Source: Candidatus Heimdallarchaeota archaeon
Lineage (GTDB): Archaea > Asgardarchaeota > Heimdallarchaeia > JABLTI01
Length of the DNA: 64,000 bases
Assembly: GCA_018238155.1 (NCBI GenBank)
Contig: JABCTZ010000036.1
Span: 64,001 to 128,000 of the forward strand
Direction of reading: 5' to 3'
The position numbers and the translations under genes were made by a program. A model generated the notes under the pieces. It was given only the letters and a program-made list of their open reading frames with translations, did no database searches and was not told the origin of the DNA. Below, one piece after another: positions 36,961-47,423 of the stretch; within the stretch, counting starts at the first letter, position 1, and every line of letters begins with the position of its first letter.

Positions 36961-38214
36961 ATGAAAAAAATTACTATTGGAAATTTGTTAAGCGAACCGG
37001 GAAAAAGAGTTTATGGTTATCTAGATATTCTAGAACATCCTGTAGGAACAGTTGAACGCTTGCCTGTAATAATTGCTCAAGGAGCAAATGAAGGACCCAC
37101 ATTTTGGTTAACTGCTAATATTCACGGAGATGAATATACAGGAATATCTGTGATTCATAAAGTGATTAACACAATCGATCTGAGTAAATTGAAGGGAACA
37201 ATAGTTGCAATTCCAACATTGAATCCCGCTGGTTCAAGGGTCTGTCAAAGATACCCTTATTACGATAGAAAAGATCCAAATAGATTATTTCCAGATGGAA
37301 ACCCTTTCAAAGACAAAACTTTGAAATCCTTTGATGTTTCAAAAGTATTACGTTCTGAAGAAGACGAGAACTTGGTGGATGAAATATCGATAAGAACAAA
37401 ATCCCAAGTAGAAATAATGGGCATTTCAGAAGATGATGAGATAGATAATTTATACGAAAAATTCGAAGCTGACAATCTCTATCCCTCAATTCAAGAAATC
37501 ATTTTCAAACGTTTGTTTGCAATAATCAAGGAATCTGCTGATTATTTACTTGACTTACACAATGCCTTTCTAAAATCCATTCCATTTGTTTTTCTAGATA
37601 GAGTTCTTTATAATCCTGAATCTGAGGATCAAACTCTTGAAGAAGCAACTGCACTTTTCAAATTGACTGAGGAAATGGCTAAAGCATTCGGATTAACAAT
37701 TGTTAGAGAAGCATTGCCCGAAAAATATATTTCCAAAAAGCTTCACCGGTCAACCTCAGGTGCAGCATTGAATTATTTGAGAATCCCTTCATACACAGTT
37801 GAGCTGGGTATGTATTTAGATGTTGAACCCGAAGTTGTTGATGCTGCTACAACAGGGATATTCAATGTCCTATCTTGGGCAAAAATGCTTCCAGGTGAAA
37901 TTAAGAAATTAACCGGTGTAAGGGTTGTTGCTGAAAATGAATCTGTAAGATATCTTGGTCATCCAAGAACATCTAAATCAGCAATAATCGAGCTCAAAGT
38001 AGAAAAAGGGGATTATGTGAAAAAGGGTGATGTAATTGCCATCGCTCGAGATATTTTCGGGAGAGAAATACCCGACGTAGGCGAAATAAAAACTGAGGTA
38101 GATGGATATATTTTCATGTTTAACGAAGGGATTATTCGATATCCCAATGAGGAAATTTGTTGGATAGCTATAAAAGACAATCATCTAATGATAGATAAGT
38201 GGCCTAAGAATTGA
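36961..38214 (+). CDS. Succinylglutamate desuccinylase/aspartoacylase family (M14-like) hydrolase
   Basis: IHGDE, NP, DPNRLFP, DLH, TVELG and a C-terminal barrel-sandwich hybrid domain; AGGAG SD. Confidence 0.88.
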   Translation: MKKITIGNLLSEPGKRVYGYLDILEHPVGTVERLPVIIAQGANEGPTFWLTANIHGDEYTGISVIHKVINTIDLSKLKGTIVAIPTLNPAGSRVCQRYPYYDRKDPNRLFPDGNPFKDKTLKSFDVSKVLRSEEDENLVDEISIRTKSQVEIMGISEDDEIDNLYEKFEADNLYPSIQEIIFKRLFAIIKESADYLLDLHNAFLKSIPFVFLDRVLYNPESEDQTLEEATALFKLTEEMAKAFGLTIVREALPEKYISKKLHRSTSGAALNYLRIPSYTVELGMYLDVEPEVVDAATTGIFNVLSWAKMLPGEIKKLTGVRVVAENESVRYLGHPRTSKSAIIELKVEKGDYVKKGDVIAIARDIFGREIPDVGEIKTEVDGYIFMFNEGIIRYPNEEICWIAIKDNHLMIDKWPKN

Positions 38215-38285
38215 TTTCTTCATTTTATAAATAAATTATTATGAAGAAAAAGCCAAATAAAAATCTGTATTTGAGGTTTTGTGTT

Positions 38286-39719
38286 ATGTCTTCTTATCTT
38301 TCAAAATTAAAAACGAAAATTCTTTTATGTCTGTTGATTACAGCAATGTTCTTTCCCGCAATACTTTCAAAATGTGAACTTACCCAAGATAGACTTTCAA
38401 TAGATTATATTCAAGCTGCACAAACAGGTCCACAAGTTTTTGATTTTCATGTAGCGATATCTCCTTCAAATAAGCTTCATTTAATTTACAGAGAAAAGAT
38501 CGGTGATATTGACCAAATTTGTTACCTTGAATCTTCCTCTAAATATGTTTGGAATCAATCAAAAAATATTCTGATAGCAGAAAATAACACACATAAGTTC
38601 TCAAGTAGACCTTCTATTACAACGAAAAATGAAGAGCTATTTGCAGTTTACGGGTTTGAGAAAGGCGAGAAAACAGGAATAATTTTACTTGTACGCAATG
38701 CAACCACTAAGATTTGGTCTAGTAAAATCGTGATTGAAGATATAGAAGGATCTATTTCCAATCCAATTATTGCATATAATGCGAATCAAACTAATTTTTG
38801 GTTATCTTGGGAAGATAATCATGAGGGATTTTATAATCAATATCTGATGACTGGTAATAGCTCCTCTTTACTTTGGGTTGCACCAACTAGATTATCATCG
38901 AATGAGTCGTATAATAGCCTTCATGGAAATTTCATATTAGATGAAGATGGAAACGGTCACTTTGTTTGGAAAGAAGGTCTGGAAAGTCATGAAAAGATAT
39001 TATATAGTAAAGTGTATTCTAACGGAACACTCACAGCTATAGAAGAAATTACAGATGGAACTTATAGATGCATTAAACCTGCTATTATAATTGATCAAAA
39101 CAAAAAAATTAATGTTTTTTGGAATAATCATTCTGATCCTAATCCCGGGCTATTTCTCGGAACGAAATTTATTTATTCAAGTATAAGAGAAAATGACAAT
39201 TGGAGCACTCCATTTGAAGTTGGTCCTTTTATTCCCGAAGGAAGACCTTCTTCGGGTGAATCAGACGCTTTTACTGCTGCTGTTTGTTTGCTAAAACCTA
39301 CGAATGAACTCTGGCTGGCATACGAGATTACTGAGGATTATGCCTATCATTCTGGAATTGATATTAGAAATAGAGAAGGCGCTTCCTGGCAACCAAGTAG
39401 CTTTCTATCGTTAGTTAATAACCGCGCAAAAGATCCGCAATTATTAGCTTCTACAAATGGTGATCTTATCTGCTTTTGGATAGATGCTCGTGCAGTTACA
39501 AATCAGGTTTATTTCCGCATTCGATTTGCTAATGAAGCATGGTCAAATGAAATTCCTTTAACAGCTTTCAAACAAAATTACTTTTCAACTATTTGGTTAT
39601 ATGTTTTAATAATAATTGTTACGGTAATAATACTAGCTATTCCTTCTATCGTGGTGCGAATTATATATAAGAAGAGAAAAGAGAAGTATATTCGAGAAAA
39701 AATTAGGAACTTGGGTTAA
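38286..39719 (+). CDS. Secreted beta-propeller-like protein with C-terminal TM anchor
   Basis: Signal peptide; repeated P-x-I...D-x-x-G-x-x-H-x-VW...W blades; TM followed by a basic tail; ATG 38286 follows GAGGT. Confidence 0.7.
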   Translation: MSSYLSKLKTKILLCLLITAMFFPAILSKCELTQDRLSIDYIQAAQTGPQVFDFHVAISPSNKLHLIYREKIGDIDQICYLESSSKYVWNQSKNILIAENNTHKFSSRPSITTKNEELFAVYGFEKGEKTGIILLVRNATTKIWSSKIVIEDIEGSISNPIIAYNANQTNFWLSWEDNHEGFYNQYLMTGNSSSLLWVAPTRLSSNESYNSLHGNFILDEDGNGHFVWKEGLESHEKILYSKVYSNGTLTAIEEITDGTYRCIKPAIIIDQNKKINVFWNNHSDPNPGLFLGTKFIYSSIRENDNWSTPFEVGPFIPEGRPSSGESDAFTAAVCLLKPTNELWLAYEITEDYAYHSGIDIRNREGASWQPSSFLSLVNNRAKDPQLLASTNGDLICFWIDARAVTNQVYFRIRFANEAWSNEIPLTAFKQNYFSTIWLYVLIIIVTVIILAIPSIVVRIIYKKRKEKYIREKIRNLG

Positions 39720-40261
39720 AACAGGAAATCTTCTGCTGTTTTCTTTCTATCTTTTCCTTCTGGTTTTATTTTCTCTACTAATTCAAAATAAATTTCTTTT
39801 GGGAATTTTATTCCAAGAAATCTTGCAACAATTTTTTCTTTCTTTTTCTTAGAATGAGCAATAAAGAGAATTGTTCCAAAATCAAACCTACTGGAAAGTA
39901 TAGGCATCTTTCTAACTTTAATATATAAGATATCTGAGTATTTGATAACTTTCTTTTTCTTTGGACGGTAAATATTTATTAATTCAAATGAGTTATCCCC
40001 AATCCAATATCTCCTTGAATTAATTGATATATAGATGACAGCAAATACAAAAAAGAATACAAATGCTACAATTGACCAAATAATTTTAGAGTACAAATCT
40101 GGATTTGAACTGACTTGTACAATTGGGTCTACTACAAAATAGATTATTGCAAAAAATAAACTATTAATTATTAATGCTAACGCTAGAAAAGTGATTATAT
40201 ATGCTGTACTTGGAGTAACTGAATAATTTGCCGGTTTTTTTGAATTCATAAAATTTACCAC
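39716..40261 (-). CDS. 2-TM membrane protein with bacterial PH-like domain
   Basis: Two TM helices, then RYWI...IKYSDI...FDFGTI. Confidence 0.65.
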   Translation of the reverse strand: MVNFMNSKKPANYSVTPSTAYIITFLALALIINSLFFAIIYFVVDPIVQVSSNPDLYSKIIWSIVAFVFFFVFAVIYISINSRRYWIGDNSFELINIYRPKKKKVIKYSDILYIKVRKMPILSSRFDFGTILFIAHSKKKKEKIVARFLGIKFPKEIYFELVEKIKPEGKDRKKTAEDFLF

Positions 40262-40461
40262 TACAAATACTATTATTTCAATTACTAATTATAGTTTTGT
40301 TGTATTCCAATTAAAAGTAGTACTAAAAGTCATTGAACTATTTTGTTGTTAAAAAATCAACAGCAAACAAATCATAATAATTCTGTATGGATGCTCTCTG
40401 GATCATAACGTGGTTTTGCTAATGACAAAAAGAGATTTCAAAATAGTTGAAAGAGGAGTAC

Positions 40462-41136
40462 TTAATCCTCTTCATTTTCTGATTGTTCTTCAGGTTCCTT
40501 AGTACTTTCTTCTGTTAGTTCTTTAGAAATTTCTTCAGCTACTTTTTCGATAGCTTCTTCATCAATTTCTTCTTCAACTTCTTCAGCCGCATCTTCTATT
40601 GCTTCTTCAACTGCTTCTTCAATAATTTCTTCAACAGCTTCCTCTTCTTCAATAGAATCTTCGATTTCGTCTTCTTCCTCTGTCATTTCCTCTGCGATTT
40701 CTTCTGCGGTATCTTCGTCAATATCTTCTTCTTCTATGGAGTCCTCTATTGCATCTTCAATTGCGTCTTCAATGGATTCTTCAACTGCTTCTTTTTCAAT
40801 CAAATCTTCTTTTGCTTCCTCAACGAACTCCAATTCTTCATCTTTATTAACGACTTTCCTTTCTTGTTTAGTTTTCTTGGTTCCAGCTTTTCTTCTAATG
40901 AGTCCTATGATTATTATTGTAATCAGAATTATTATTCCAATAATTACCAGAGCTGCGCCAATTAAGAACAAAATTATGAAAATTATTGGTAAGTCATCAA
41001 CAGTTTCAATTTGATCTGTTAAAGTCATCAAAGTAGGAACAATGACTAATAACAAACCCAAAATAGTAAGTGCATAAGCAGCTGCTCCTGCTTGACTACT
41101 TATTCTTCTTTTTTTAGGTTCTTCATTGGATGTCAT
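40462..41136 (-). CDS. 2-TM membrane protein with long Glu/Asp-rich tail
   Basis: Two TM helices, a basic juxtamembrane patch and about 125 acidic low-complexity residues. Confidence 0.7.
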   Translation of the reverse strand: MTSNEEPKKRRISSQAGAAAYALTILGLLLVIVPTLMTLTDQIETVDDLPIIFIILFLIGAALVIIGIIILITIIIIGLIRRKAGTKKTKQERKVVNKDEELEFVEEAKEDLIEKEAVEESIEDAIEDAIEDSIEEEDIDEDTAEEIAEEMTEEEDEIEDSIEEEEAVEEIIEEAVEEAIEDAAEEVEEEIDEEAIEKVAEEISKELTEESTKEPEEQSENEED

Positions 41137-41369
41137 AATTATTTACTATCCTTATCAAAATTAAATTTTTTGTAGGTGATAATTCAGCTGTTTTTTTTTA
41201 AAAAAGGTATTTCTCCATTTAATTTTGAAATTATGTGAAAAAAACCTTCCACTTTAGTATTCTAAATAAAATTCTTTTGCTTGTCAAAGAAAGTAAATGA
41301 CTATCGTTAATAGAGATAGTACAAGTAGTTAATTGCTATTCATTAAATGACGCTAAGGAGAATAATTCC

Positions 41370-41771
41370 ATGGAAATTGAAAGTAAATGGTTAGATAAAT
41401 ATCGTTTTTCAGTAACGAATGGTAGAAATGATCCAATAATAATCGATGTTGGACCTGATTATGGTGGCAAAGGACCTGCTGCTCTGGAATTGGTAATAAT
41501 GGCTTTAGCAACATGTTTAGGTACAACATACAAAATGATTGCTGATAAAATGCATCTCTCGATTTCAGCAATAAATGTGAAAGCAATTGCAAATAAAGAT
41601 GAGAAAGACTTCATCACTGACGTTCATTTGCATGTTTATGTTTCTTCTAAAGATTCCACTGAAAAACTGGAAAAGACACTTGAACTTGCCGAAAAGAATT
41701 GTCCTGTAGATAATATCTTTCATCAAACACAAATTCCCACAGAAGCTACTTTACACATTGATTCTAGCTAA
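41370..41771 (+). CDS. OsmC/Ohr-family protein
   Basis: GGKGPAALELVIMALATC...AEKNCPV, two conserved Cys; AGGAG SD. Confidence 0.88.
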   Translation: MEIESKWLDKYRFSVTNGRNDPIIIDVGPDYGGKGPAALELVIMALATCLGTTYKMIADKMHLSISAINVKAIANKDEKDFITDVHLHVYVSSKDSTEKLEKTLELAEKNCPVDNIFHQTQIPTEATLHIDSS

Positions 41772-41786
41772 TAGTTTTGCTTTTAG

Positions 41787-41817
41787 AAAAATGAGGTATT
41801 TTTTCTCCTCATTTTTT
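41787..41817 (+). terminator. Hairpin between the two OsmC genes
   Basis: 10-bp stem AAAAATGAGG/CCTCATTTTT ending in a T tract. Confidence 0.5.
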
Positions 41818-41936
41818 CATTATTTAAATTCCCTTATTTGTACTTTGAAACAGCAAATTTTCGTAAAATCCGTAACGTTTATTTAAGTTAAAAATTCGCA
41901 GATTGAACTGAATAATTTCCGGAGGAAATTAAATCT

Positions 41937-42344
41937 TTGAAATCCGTATACAGATTAGCAAAAAACTTTCATGCCGTTGTAGATAACGGTAGAACACATT
42001 CAATAGCAATTGATTTACCACCTAATAATGGTGGGGAAGATTTAGGCGCCACCGCGCTTGAATTATGCGTTATGGGATTATCTGGTTGCATTGGCACTAT
42101 TTTTGCAAAAATAGCTAAAAAAATGCGTTTAACAATCACTCATTTAGAGGTTGATCTTGAAGCATTCAAAGGACCTAGTGATCCAACCATTACCAAGATC
42201 ACAGCCAAAGTTTTTGTAACCTCTCCTGATGGTCTTGAAAAATTAAATAAATGTTTGGAACTAACACTTGCATCTTGTCCTGTTGGAGTAATTTTTACAA
42301 ATGCAAATATACCAACTGAAGTAACTTTAGAGAAAGTAGCATAA
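41937..42344 (+). CDS. OsmC/Ohr-family protein
   Basis: DLP...GGEDLGATALELCVMGLSGC...ASCPVG; TTG start with GGAGG SD. Confidence 0.88.
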   Translation: MKSVYRLAKNFHAVVDNGRTHSIAIDLPPNNGGEDLGATALELCVMGLSGCIGTIFAKIAKKMRLTITHLEVDLEAFKGPSDPTITKITAKVFVTSPDGLEKLNKCLELTLASCPVGVIFTNANIPTEVTLEKVA

Positions 42345-42461
42345 ATTATATACTTTCTTTTCCTTTCTTTTTGTCGATATTAATATGAAAGGTTTTTAAT
42401 GGTGGAGAACCAATAAACCCTAGAGCTAATTAAAAGATTAGTAAATAATGGTGTATTTATT

Positions 42462-43013
42462 ATGTCATTCGGCAGCATTTTGTTAGGCATGTTGGTTGGT
42501 GGAATATTTAGTACGGGTGCAATTATTGGTGCCACCTTCTTAGGACGTTTTGTTCCTTGGTGGGCTGTGCTCCTGATAGGTGCAGCTGGCTGTCTATTCG
42601 GTGGTTTAATTGCAGGAATATTCGCAAAAGGTATTGGTGCTGGAGCTTTAGCAGGATTACTCTCAGGATTGCTTGTCTTTCTAGGTGTATTTTTGTTTGT
42701 TTGGCTTTACTACAAATCAGTAGTAATATCTATGATAGCAAGCGCGAGTAATGTTTCTGAAATCGCAAATGGGTTTGTTGATTTGTTCGGTGCCGGTGGC
42801 ACTCCTGTTGGACAAGCTATGTCTGAGTGGATTACTAGTAATGTTCCTCAAACATCTGATATGGAAGCTTTTGCTAATAGCAACTTCGTTTTCTTTGGTT
42901 TAATTGTTGGCGCTATTTTTGGCGGACTAGCAAGTGTAGTAAATCTATTCACCGGACTCATTGGTGGTATGTTTTCTAGAAAGAAAAGCGACAAATATGA
43001 TTCTTACTATTAA
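42462..43013 (+). CDS. Gly-rich membrane protein
   Basis: About 4 Gly-rich TM helices with GxxxG patterns. Confidence 0.65.
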   Translation: MSFGSILLGMLVGGIFSTGAIIGATFLGRFVPWWAVLLIGAAGCLFGGLIAGIFAKGIGAGALAGLLSGLLVFLGVFLFVWLYYKSVVISMIASASNVSEIANGFVDLFGAGGTPVGQAMSEWITSNVPQTSDMEAFANSNFVFFGLIVGAIFGGLASVVNLFTGLIGGMFSRKKSDKYDSYY

Positions 43014-43023
43014 AAGAACATCT

Positions 43024-43059
43024 CCGCGGGAAATTCACTCGCGGTATTTCATTCTTTTT
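43024..43059 (+). terminator. GC-rich hairpin plus T tract
   Basis: CCGCGGG-AAATTCA-CTCGCGG followed by TATTTCATTCTTTTT. Confidence 0.6.
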
Positions 43060-43144
43060 ATTATTTTATAGCTAATAGTTTTTAATGATGTAATTAGAAA
43101 GTAATTGATATAGATTTTAGGTAAAAGTTCCAGGAGTATACAAA

Positions 43145-44200
43145 ATGAGAATTGTTTTTCTATACACAATTTCTAAAGATGCTTACGATTATCTTAAAGA
43201 GAATATTCCGGAGGATATAGAGATAATAGCTCGAATAAAAGAAGAATATTCAGGTAAACAACCAAATCAAGATGTCGAAATTATTGCTGCAACAAAAGAA
43301 GCTGAAATATTAATGGGTCCTTATGTTACTGAAGAAATTCTTGAACAAGCATCACCAAAAAATGGTGGAAAACTAAAATTAATTATCATTCCTTGGACAG
43401 GTATTGATAGACTCAATTTTACTCTATTGAGAAAATATCCCGTTGTAGTTGCGAATAGTCATGGGAATGCTCGAACTGTGGCTGAACATGCAATAGCTCT
43501 TCTTCTTACTGCTACAAAAAATATTATCCATCACGATAAATTGCTTAGAAAAGGTGATTGGGGTTCTAGGTTTAAGCATATGCCTTCAGTAAACATTTTT
43601 GGTAAGACTGTTGGGTTATTGGGTTATGGTGCTATTGGAATAGAATGTGCAAAAATTCTCAGAGGTTTTGATGTTGAAATTATTGGTTGTAGGAGAACCA
43701 TTGAAAAGTCAACTGAAGAGCAAAAAAAACTTGCTGAGAAAATCTACTCAATAAATGAATTAGAGGTATTTCTAAATGAATCAGATATAGTGATTAATTC
43801 TTTACCTCTCACACAAGATACAAGAGATATTCTTAGCAAAAGAGAATTTGAGTGGATGAAAGATGGAGTTATTATTGTCAATGTTGGAAGAGGTGCAACA
43901 ATAAATGAAGAAGCGATTTATAACGCAGTAAAAGAAGGAAAAGTGTTTGCAGCAGGGTTGGATCCACAGTGGAAATATCCACCAAGAGATAAAACTGGAG
44001 AAAGAGATCATACAGAGAAAAACTACCCCTCCAATTTTCCAATACATGAATTTGATCAAGTAGTTCTCAGTCCTCACCGGGCTGCAGATTTAACAGAGGG
44101 ATATGAAAGAAAACATTGGTTTGATGTGGTTGAAAATATTTTAAGAATATATAAAGGTGAAAAACCAACGAATATTGTTGATTTAAACTTAAGCTATTAA
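43145..44200 (+). CDS. D-isomer-specific 2-hydroxyacid dehydrogenase
   Basis: VAEHA, GLLGYGAIG Rossmann motif, LPLT..T, VNVGRG, GLD, SPH. Confidence 0.9.
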   Translation: MRIVFLYTISKDAYDYLKENIPEDIEIIARIKEEYSGKQPNQDVEIIAATKEAEILMGPYVTEEILEQASPKNGGKLKLIIIPWTGIDRLNFTLLRKYPVVVANSHGNARTVAEHAIALLLTATKNIIHHDKLLRKGDWGSRFKHMPSVNIFGKTVGLLGYGAIGIECAKILRGFDVEIIGCRRTIEKSTEEQKKLAEKIYSINELEVFLNESDIVINSLPLTQDTRDILSKREFEWMKDGVIIVNVGRGATINEEAIYNAVKEGKVFAAGLDPQWKYPPRDKTGERDHTEKNYPSNFPIHEFDQVVLSPHRAADLTEGYERKHWFDVVENILRIYKGEKPTNIVDLNLSY

Positions 44201-44228
44201 AAAAAAGATTGAAAAGAGCCAGTCAGCT

Positions 44229-47200
44229 TTAAACTGCTGGTTCTATTTCTAATTTTGATTTGGATCCATGACCGACCCAACGTTTTAGTATGTACTTTCC
44301 AACAAGGAATTTTATTAGTTCCATTAAGAGTGCAGCAAATATACAAATGCCCATGAGTAAGAACCAATCATAAAGCCCAATTGGCATACTATCAAAGATA
44401 GTATTATTGACACCAAATTCTGCTCCCATTGGAACATAAATGGCAATCATTTGCAGTCCAAGAGCTAATCCAACCGACATCCAAAGCCATTTGTTGTTGA
44501 ATGGATTCATTTTCAATGTTGTTCTTTCAAAACCTGAACGAGTGATAAAGACATTGAACATCTCAAATAAAACAGACATAGTAAAGTTCAATGTTCTTGC
44601 ATGTGCATACCATATTTGAGAACCTATCTGTGTTAACCCAGCTCCTCCGGCATCTAAGCTAGTATGCTTTGTAAATATTAGCGCATAGGATTCTATCCAT
44701 GTACCTTTGTATTTAGCTAAATTTTCTGCTAATGCTATCAAATCTGTTCCTAAGTAATCTCCAGAATTCTCATCATAGATTTCTGCTTGAAAATGAGCTT
44801 CACCAATATAACCTAAAGGAACAAAGACTATCATGCTTGCAGCGAAAGCTAATAAACCTGCAATTATCGAGAAGATATAAATATCTTTCATAAATCCTTC
44901 GTCTTTCTTTCTTGGAGGGTCACGCATTATACCTGCAAAGGGTGGGTCAACACTTAAAGCAATAGCAGGCAGCCCATCAGTTACTAGATTGATCCAAAGA
45001 ATTTGGATAGCTGTATAGGGTGACTTTAAACCTAAGAAAACAACACAAACAAAGACTGTTAGAATTTCATCGAAATTACTTGCGATAAGATATCTGATGA
45101 ACTTGAGCATATTTTGGAAAATTGTTCTTCCTCGTTCCACCGCAGTGACTATTGTTGCGAAATTATCATCTGCTAGAACCATCTGTGCAGCTTCTCGAGT
45201 AACATCTGTACCTTGAATACCCATCGCTATACCAATATCTGCTTTTTTGATTGCTGGAGCATCGTTTACTCCATCACCTGTGGTAGCAACTACATGACCT
45301 TTTTCTTGGAACATACTGACAATTCTGTGTTTATGTTCTGGACTCACTCTGGCAAAGATTGAAACATCTTCAATAATATCGTTTAATTCTTCGTTAGACA
45401 TTGCTTCTAATTCAACACCAGTAACAGTTAACCATTTATCACCTTGAATTAGACCAATATCCTTAGCAATTGCTTCAGCAGTTATTTGTTGATCTCCTGT
45501 AACCATTACTGCAACAATACCCGCAGTCCGACATCTTTCCAAAGCACCTTTGACTTCAGGTCTTGCCGGATCTATTAAACCAACTAACCCAAGGAACACA
45601 AGATCTGTTTCGATATTTGCTTCAAGTTCAGATAGAAAGTCATCTTCATCAACTTTAATCAGTCTTTCATCAACAACTCTGTAAGCAAGTGCTAAGACTC
45701 GTAATGCCCTTGAAGCCATCTCATCATTCATTTCAAGTATCTTTTCTTTAACTCCTTCAGCTAACGGAGACACTTTGCCATCAATAGAAATGAAACTACA
45801 ATGTTCTAACAAAACTGGAGGTGAGCCTTTAGAATAGGCAATGAGATTTTCTTCATGTTCCTTTGAATCAGCAAATCGATTAATAGTGGTCATTCGTTTT
45901 CGTTGAGAATCAAAGAATATTTCTGCTTCTCTTTTATATGATGTTTCATCCAGTAAACCTGCTTTTCTTGCAAGCACCATTAATGAAACTTCAGTAGGAT
46001 CACCAATAATTTCAATCTCATCTGTTTCCTTGTCATAATGTACAATTGAATTATTGCAAAGCAACGAAGTTCGAGCAATCTTTTCTAGCTCGGGTGATTG
46101 TAATGGATTAACTGTTTTACCATCCTCTACAAATTCACCAATGGGTCTGTATCCTTCACCAGTAATTTTAATTAGATGATTTAGTGTTCTGACTTCTACA
46201 ACAGTCATTTCATTTTTAGTTAAAGTACCTGTTTTATCACTACAAATAATATCTACAATACCCAATGTTTCAACTGCCGGTAAACGGGAAACAATGGCAT
46301 TTTGTTTTGCCATCATCCTAACACCGATTGCATAAGTGAGTGTAATAGCTGCTGGCATCCCTTCTGGAATAGCTGAAACTGCTAATGCAATAGCATTTTC
46401 TAAAGCTTCACCCCAATGTTCCCAGCTCAGATCATGAAGTAAAGTAGCTGCGAAAACAATTGCACAAACTACTACTATTGTTAAACCAAGCACTTTACCA
46501 AGTTTATCAAGATTCTTTTGGAGGGGTGTTGCTTCTTCCTTTTCGCTTTGCATTAATGCAGCGATTTTGCCCATTTCAGTTTCCATACCTGTATCAACAA
46601 CAATCGCTTTTGCTCTTCCATAAGTTATTGTCGTACCCATAAAAAGCATATTGCGTCGATCACCAACAACAGCTTCTATGGCTATAAGCTGTTTAGAGTT
46701 TTTACTAAGGCTAACAGATTCACCTGTCAATGCACTCTCATCAACTTTCAAACTGGTAGATTCGAGCAACCTCATGTCTGCAGGAACCTTTTCACCTGCC
46801 TCAATAAGAACAATGTCTCCTACAACAAGGTCTTTCGAATCAATTATGTGTTCATTGTTATTTCGAATAACTCGAACTTCCTTGCTTACCATTTTCTTAA
46901 GTTCTTCTAATGACTTTTCTGCTTGGAACTCTTGAATAAAACCAATTAAACCGTTAATAATAACGATAGCAAAAATTACTCCTGCTTCAATATATTCTTC
47001 AAAAGCAATTGAAACAATTGCAGCAATAAATAGAAGGCCGATTAAGATATCAAAAAACTGACTTAGAAACAGAACTATGAGACTGGTTTTTCCTTTTTCA
47101 ACTAAAACGTTTAGCCCATATTTTTCTACTCTATATGCAATCTCTTTGTCTTCTAACCCATTAATTGGATTGACGTCTAGTTTTTCTATGACTTCTCCGG

Positions 47201-47288
47201 TGTCCATGGCATGATATGCATGGTCTGGACCTGCTTCAGCAATTATACTATCAATATCGTCTTGTTTTTTCTTTTTGTTTCTGAACAT
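44229..47288 (-). CDS. Ca2+-transporting P-type ATPase (type IIA, SERCA-like)
   Basis: TGES, IPEG, CSDKTGT, KGSP, TGD, GDGVND; M5 SNFDE, M6 WINLVTDG, M8 FEMFN. Confidence 0.92.
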   Translation of the reverse strand: MFRNKKKKQDDIDSIIAEAGPDHAYHAMDTGEVIEKLDVNPINGLEDKEIAYRVEKYGLNVLVEKGKTSLIVLFLSQFFDILIGLLFIAAIVSIAFEEYIEAGVIFAIVIINGLIGFIQEFQAEKSLEELKKMVSKEVRVIRNNNEHIIDSKDLVVGDIVLIEAGEKVPADMRLLESTSLKVDESALTGESVSLSKNSKQLIAIEAVVGDRRNMLFMGTTITYGRAKAIVVDTGMETEMGKIAALMQSEKEEATPLQKNLDKLGKVLGLTIVVVCAIVFAATLLHDLSWEHWGEALENAIALAVSAIPEGMPAAITLTYAIGVRMMAKQNAIVSRLPAVETLGIVDIICSDKTGTLTKNEMTVVEVRTLNHLIKITGEGYRPIGEFVEDGKTVNPLQSPELEKIARTSLLCNNSIVHYDKETDEIEIIGDPTEVSLMVLARKAGLLDETSYKREAEIFFDSQRKRMTTINRFADSKEHEENLIAYSKGSPPVLLEHCSFISIDGKVSPLAEGVKEKILEMNDEMASRALRVLALAYRVVDERLIKVDEDDFLSELEANIETDLVFLGLVGLIDPARPEVKGALERCRTAGIVAVMVTGDQQITAEAIAKDIGLIQGDKWLTVTGVELEAMSNEELNDIIEDVSIFARVSPEHKHRIVSMFQEKGHVVATTGDGVNDAPAIKKADIGIAMGIQGTDVTREAAQMVLADDNFATIVTAVERGRTIFQNMLKFIRYLIASNFDEILTVFVCVVFLGLKSPYTAIQILWINLVTDGLPAIALSVDPPFAGIMRDPPRKKDEGFMKDIYIFSIIAGLLAFAASMIVFVPLGYIGEAHFQAEIYDENSGDYLGTDLIALAENLAKYKGTWIESYALIFTKHTSLDAGGAGLTQIGSQIWYAHARTLNFTMSVLFEMFNVFITRSGFERTTLKMNPFNNKWLWMSVGLALGLQMIAIYVPMGAEFGVNNTIFDSMPIGLYDWFLLMGICIFAALLMELIKFLVGKYILKRWVGHGSKSKLEIEPAV

Positions 47289-47423
47289 TCAGTACAACGC
47301 CTTTGTTAGATATTGAATTGGGTATTACTTAGTTTACCCATTTGATAGACATGTACACCCAATGGTACACTTTTGATTAATCTATTTTATTATCAAAAAA
47401 ATCTTTGAGTAAAAACCTTTCTA

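Noticed and set aside
37290-37500. Insertion in the M14 hydrolase as a mini-intein
   Set aside because: Too short and lacks the N-terminal Cys/Ser block and C-terminal His-Asn
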